DNA of 61,243 bases, filler included, from Chthonomonadaceae bacterium (GTDB taxonomy: Bacteria; Armatimonadota; Chthonomonadetes; Chthonomonadales; Chthonomonadaceae): assembly GCA_035650735.1 (NCBI GenBank). It is 4 parts of 4 records of this genome, joined end to end, with 100 filler letters (N's around TTAATTAATTAA, not from the genome) between each part and the next. Parts side by side here need not be neighbours in the genome. Positions count along the whole stretch, not along the records: positions 57,646 to 61,243 come from DASRGZ010000151.1; 3 more parts are not named here. The stretch is one strand, 5' to 3'. The notes below the pieces were generated by a model, which saw nothing but the letters and a program-made list of their open reading frames with translations, did not search any database and was not told the DNA's origin. Numbering within the stretch: the first letter of the stretch is position 1; every line of letters starts with the position of its first letter. Position numbers and translations under genes: made by a program. Positions 58,594 through 61,243 of the stretch are shown one piece after another.

Positions 58594-59264
58594 TGAAGCA
58601 GCGCAGGAACGCCGAGGCGTCTCTGTTAAGACGTGGATGGGATGAACCCATGACGGATATGCATCACTCCAAGCGTGCTGCCGAGAAGTTTGAAGCCCTG
58701 CTTGAGCCGATACTGGGCGCGGCCTACGGCACGGCCTACCACATGACGCACAACCGTGAAGAGGCCGAAGACCTGGTACAGGAGGCGGCGGTACTGGCCT
58801 TCCATGCCTTCGATACGTTCCAGGAGGGGTCGAACTTCAAAGCCTGGTTCTTTAAGATTATGATCAATCGCTGCCGCGCCAACTACCGCAAACGCCGTCG
58901 CGAGCTGGAGATCGCTCCGCTGGACGACGCGCCCGACCTCTATCTCTACATAGAGACGTCCAACGCTGGCTTGCAGGCGCGGAACACCAATCCGGCAGCG
59001 CTCGTCATCAACAAAATGAGCGAAGAACAGATCGAGGCGGCTATCCAGGCGTTGCCCGAGGAGTACCGGATCGTCTCCGTGCTCTACTTCATGGAGGAGA
59101 TATCCTACCAAGAGATCGCAGATATTCTCGACTGCCCCGTCGGCACTGTCCGCTCCCGTCTCCATCGCGGGCGAAAACTACTACAGAAAGCGCTGTGGCA
59201 GGTGGCCCAGGAGCATCATGTTGTTGCGGCTCTCGGCGCTGAGAAAGAGGGGCAACTGAGATGA
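58593..59264 (+). CDS. ECF RNA polymerase sigma factor (SigR/SigH-like)
   Basis: AEDLVQE, GSNFKAWFFKIMIN, SYQEIADILDCPVGTVRSRLHRGR; alternative start 58650. Confidence 0.93.
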   Translation: MKQRRNAEASLLRRGWDEPMTDMHHSKRAAEKFEALLEPILGAAYGTAYHMTHNREEAEDLVQEAAVLAFHAFDTFQEGSNFKAWFFKIMINRCRANYRKRRRELEIAPLDDAPDLYLYIETSNAGLQARNTNPAALVINKMSEEQIEAAIQALPEEYRIVSVLYFMEEISYQEIADILDCPVGTVRSRLHRGRKLLQKALWQVAQEHHVVAALGAEKEGQLR

Positions 59265-59521
59265 GACAAATGGACCGATATGATTGCGAGCATGTATTTA
59301 AGCGTCTGGATGATTACCTGGACCGTGAGCTAACGCCGCAGGAGATGAAGCTTATCGAGGAGCACCTGGAGATCTGCGCGTGGTGCGCCGAAACCTACCA
59401 GTTTCAAGCCGAAGTCCTGAACGCAGTGCGCAGCCGATTGCAGCGTATTCCGACCTCCTCCCGGCTCCTCGCCAAAGTGTCCAGCGCTCTGAAGAAGGCG
59501 CAGGGGGAAGTCTCCGATTAG
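59261..59521 (+). CDS. Soluble zinc-binding anti-sigma factor (zf-HC2)
   Basis: C...LDDYLDREL...HLEICAWC (HxxxCxxC); ATGA overlap with the sigma gene; no TM helix. Confidence 0.92.
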   Translation: MRQMDRYDCEHVFKRLDDYLDRELTPQEMKLIEEHLEICAWCAETYQFQAEVLNAVRSRLQRIPTSSRLLAKVSSALKKAQGEVSD

Positions 59522-60351
59522 TCGCGGCCCTGCGGGGCCTGTCCGGCATAGAGGGTCCGCAAGGCCGCGACCTCCTCGGCGGAGTAGCCAACGCCCGCGA
59601 GGAAAGCATCGGGCAGATAGGCTATTCCGGCACGGAGCGTCTGTTGATCTAGCGAGCAAGGCCCGACGTGGTCAACCTGATCTAGTCCCGTCGCCAGATG
59701 CAGGTCGGAACAACGGACAAATAACGTATGCAATAAGAGCGTTCCCTCCAGGTCGGCCCCCTGGAGCGCGGCCCCATACAGATTGGCACGTGTCAGATCG
59801 GCATTGCTTAAATTCGCTCCACGTAAGTCTGCCTCGGCCAGATTAGCCCCGATCAGGGTCACATAGCGCAGATCGGTGCCCGTCAGGATCGAGTGGCTCA
59901 GGTTTGCCTCCGTCAAGTCCGCGCCCGCTAAATCTGCATCCTTCAGGTTGATCTCCTCCAGCTCGGCGCGAAACAGCTTCATGTTCTGGAGGCAGGCGCC
60001 GCTCAGGTCCACTCCTTTCAGGCTGGCCCGCGTCAGGTCTGCGCCGTCTAATTTAGCATCGCGCAGCCGGACTCCCCACATCCGCGCCGCCGTCAGGTCG
60101 GCCCCCCGCAGATCGGCTCCGGTCAGGTTCGCGCCCCATAAGCATGTTCCCATAAGTTTTGCGCCGCTCAAGAGCGCGCCTGTCAGATAGGTCTCGTTCA
60201 GATCGGCCCCAGACAGATCGGCGCCCGTCAGGTCCATCCCGGAAAGGTTCGCCTCAAACAGATTCACGTAAGGCAGATCGGCATTCGCCAGGCTGCTCGT
60301 CTCCCGACGCAGAAGCACTTCGCCCGTCTTCTTATGCCGTATCTCAATCAT
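59518..60351 (-). CDS. Pentapeptide repeat protein
   Basis: Long run of A(D/N)LxG repeats; RBS GGAGG. Confidence 0.93.
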   Translation of the reverse strand: MIEIRHKKTGEVLLRRETSSLANADLPYVNLFEANLSGMDLTGADLSGADLNETYLTGALLSGAKLMGTCLWGANLTGADLRGADLTAARMWGVRLRDAKLDGADLTRASLKGVDLSGACLQNMKLFRAELEEINLKDADLAGADLTEANLSHSILTGTDLRYVTLIGANLAEADLRGANLSNADLTRANLYGAALQGADLEGTLLLHTLFVRCSDLHLATGLDQVDHVGPCSLDQQTLRAGIAYLPDAFLAGVGYSAEEVAALRTLYAGQAPQGRD

Positions 60352-60535
60352 TGCCGTCCTCCCTATCCTGAACCTGCTCTGAGGTGTTTCTGGCCCCCAA
60401 ATGCTCGCCCACAAACCAAAATACCCCAAAACTTCTATGCTGTATCACAAACAGTGGGAACCATTCTGCGTGCGCTGGCATTGTAGCAAGCAACAAAAGG
60501 ATTCTAGCGCAACGACAGCGTTGAAGGAGATTTCT

Positions 60536-61126
60536 ATGTTAACTAGAATAGTGAAGCATACCTTTAGACTTCCTCGACCCACACTTCTTATGGGGAGCGT
60601 CCTGTTGTTTGCCCTGGAAGCACCGGCGCTCTCTATGGACAGGCAGTACCCCTATGCCATCGAGGTCGCCGCGCCGGAACTGGTCGGCGGTCCCTGGCTC
60701 AATACGCCAAAGAACGCGCCGATCAAGCTGGCGGCGCGCAAGGGCAAAGTCACCATCGTCGAGTTCTGGACTTTCGGCTGAATCAACTGCATCCATAACC
60801 TGCCGAGTTACGGCAGATGGCAGAAGCAATTCCAGAAGCAAGGCGTGATCCTCATCGGCGTCCATACCCCGGAAACCGAGGCGGAGAAAGTTCCGGCCAA
60901 TGTGATCCGCAGGGTAAAGAGCCTGGGTATCACCTATCCGATTTTGCTGGACCAGAAGGGGGAGAACTGGAAGCGCTGGGGGCAACAGTTCTGGCCCACC
61001 GTCTACCTGATAGATAAAAAGGGCCGCGTGCGCTATCGCTGGGAAGGCGAGCTCGAATACGAGGGCGCGGGCGGCGAGGCGCAAATGACCCAAAAAATCA
61101 AGGAACTGCTGCAAGAGGCCAATTGA
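60536..61126 (+). CDS. Thioredoxin-fold redoxin (DipZ C-terminal/TlpA-like), probable selenoprotein with UxxC
   Basis: RBS AAGGAG; reading through TGA 60779-60781 gives EFWTFG-U-INCIHNLP...IGVHTPE...WPTVYLIDKKGRVR, 196 aa with U at residue 82. Confidence 0.82.
60787..60823 (+). promoter_or_regulatory. Candidate bacterial SECIS hairpin
   Basis: CCAT-aac-CTGCCG-agtta-CGGCAG-ATGG, lower stem starting 12 nt after the TGA; apical loop contains G. Confidence 0.65.
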
Positions 61127-61148
61127 GGGCGCTCAGGAGGTAGCGCGC

Positions 61149-61243
61149 ATGAAACGGCTGGAGAAGAAGCACCCTCTGGCGATTCGCTGGTTCCATTGGG
61201 TTAACTTTCCCGTGCTGATGGTCATGATCTGGAGCGGGCTGCT
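61149..61243 (+). CDS. Cytochrome b/b6 domain membrane protein, N-terminus only
   Basis: RBS AGGAGG; MKRLEKKHPLAIRWFHWVNFPVLMVMIWSGL matches the R..HW.N...SGL heme-b helix. Confidence 0.78.
   Translation, partial: MKRLEKKHPLAIRWFHWVNFPVLMVMIWSGL

Noticed and set aside
60779..60781. Nonsense mutation making the redoxin a pseudogene
   Set aside because: The stop is TGA at the catalytic Cys position with an adjacent hairpin and an intact downstream frame; Sec is the better reading, pending sel genes

Overview
GC-rich bacterial DNA made of four separate contigs, joined by artificial 100-nt N/TTAATTAATTAA linkers at 24562-24661, 44505-44604 and 57546-57645, so adjacency across the linkers means nothing. 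Gene content (PEP-CTERM protein, lpt-DUF3084 block, abundant palindromic intergenic repeats) suggests a diderm, possibly Armatimonadota-like organism; this is inference only. Contig 1: SMP-30 lactonase, PEP-CTERM gene, Tat-exported FG-GAP protein, a catabolic-looking island (enolase-fold, double MBL, internally deleted pseudogene, FAD oxidoreductase, cupin, UPF0261/Tm-1-like, TIM-barrel), then a 2-oxoacid:ferredoxin oxidoreductase (alpha+beta) directly ahead of a nuoABCDHIJKL operon that lacks nuoEFG and is interrupted by an HNH cassette. Contig 2: 3-hydroxyacyl-CoA dehydrogenase, an rsmI / atypical tgt / ArmA-Rmt-family 16S m7G1405 methyltransferase operon, NfeD-flotillin, rlmN, lptC-lptA-lptB-lptF/G-DUF3084-yqgF, a candidate ECF-promoter-driven structured RNA, mgtE with a candidate leader-peptide attenuator, an ABC permease and a MocA-like gene. 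Contig 3: a surface-polysaccharide cluster. Contig 4: TMEM175, ECF sigma/anti-sigma, pentapeptide-repeat protein, and a thioredoxin-fold gene with an in-frame TGA at the first Cys of CxxC plus a SECIS-like hairpin (probable selenoprotein), ahead of a cytochrome b gene. Best leads: the selenoprotein, the Rmt/TGT-variant operon, the ECF-driven ncRNA, the mgtE leader peptide and the oxidoreductase-coupled complex I. All family assignments are by motif recognition; no searches were run.
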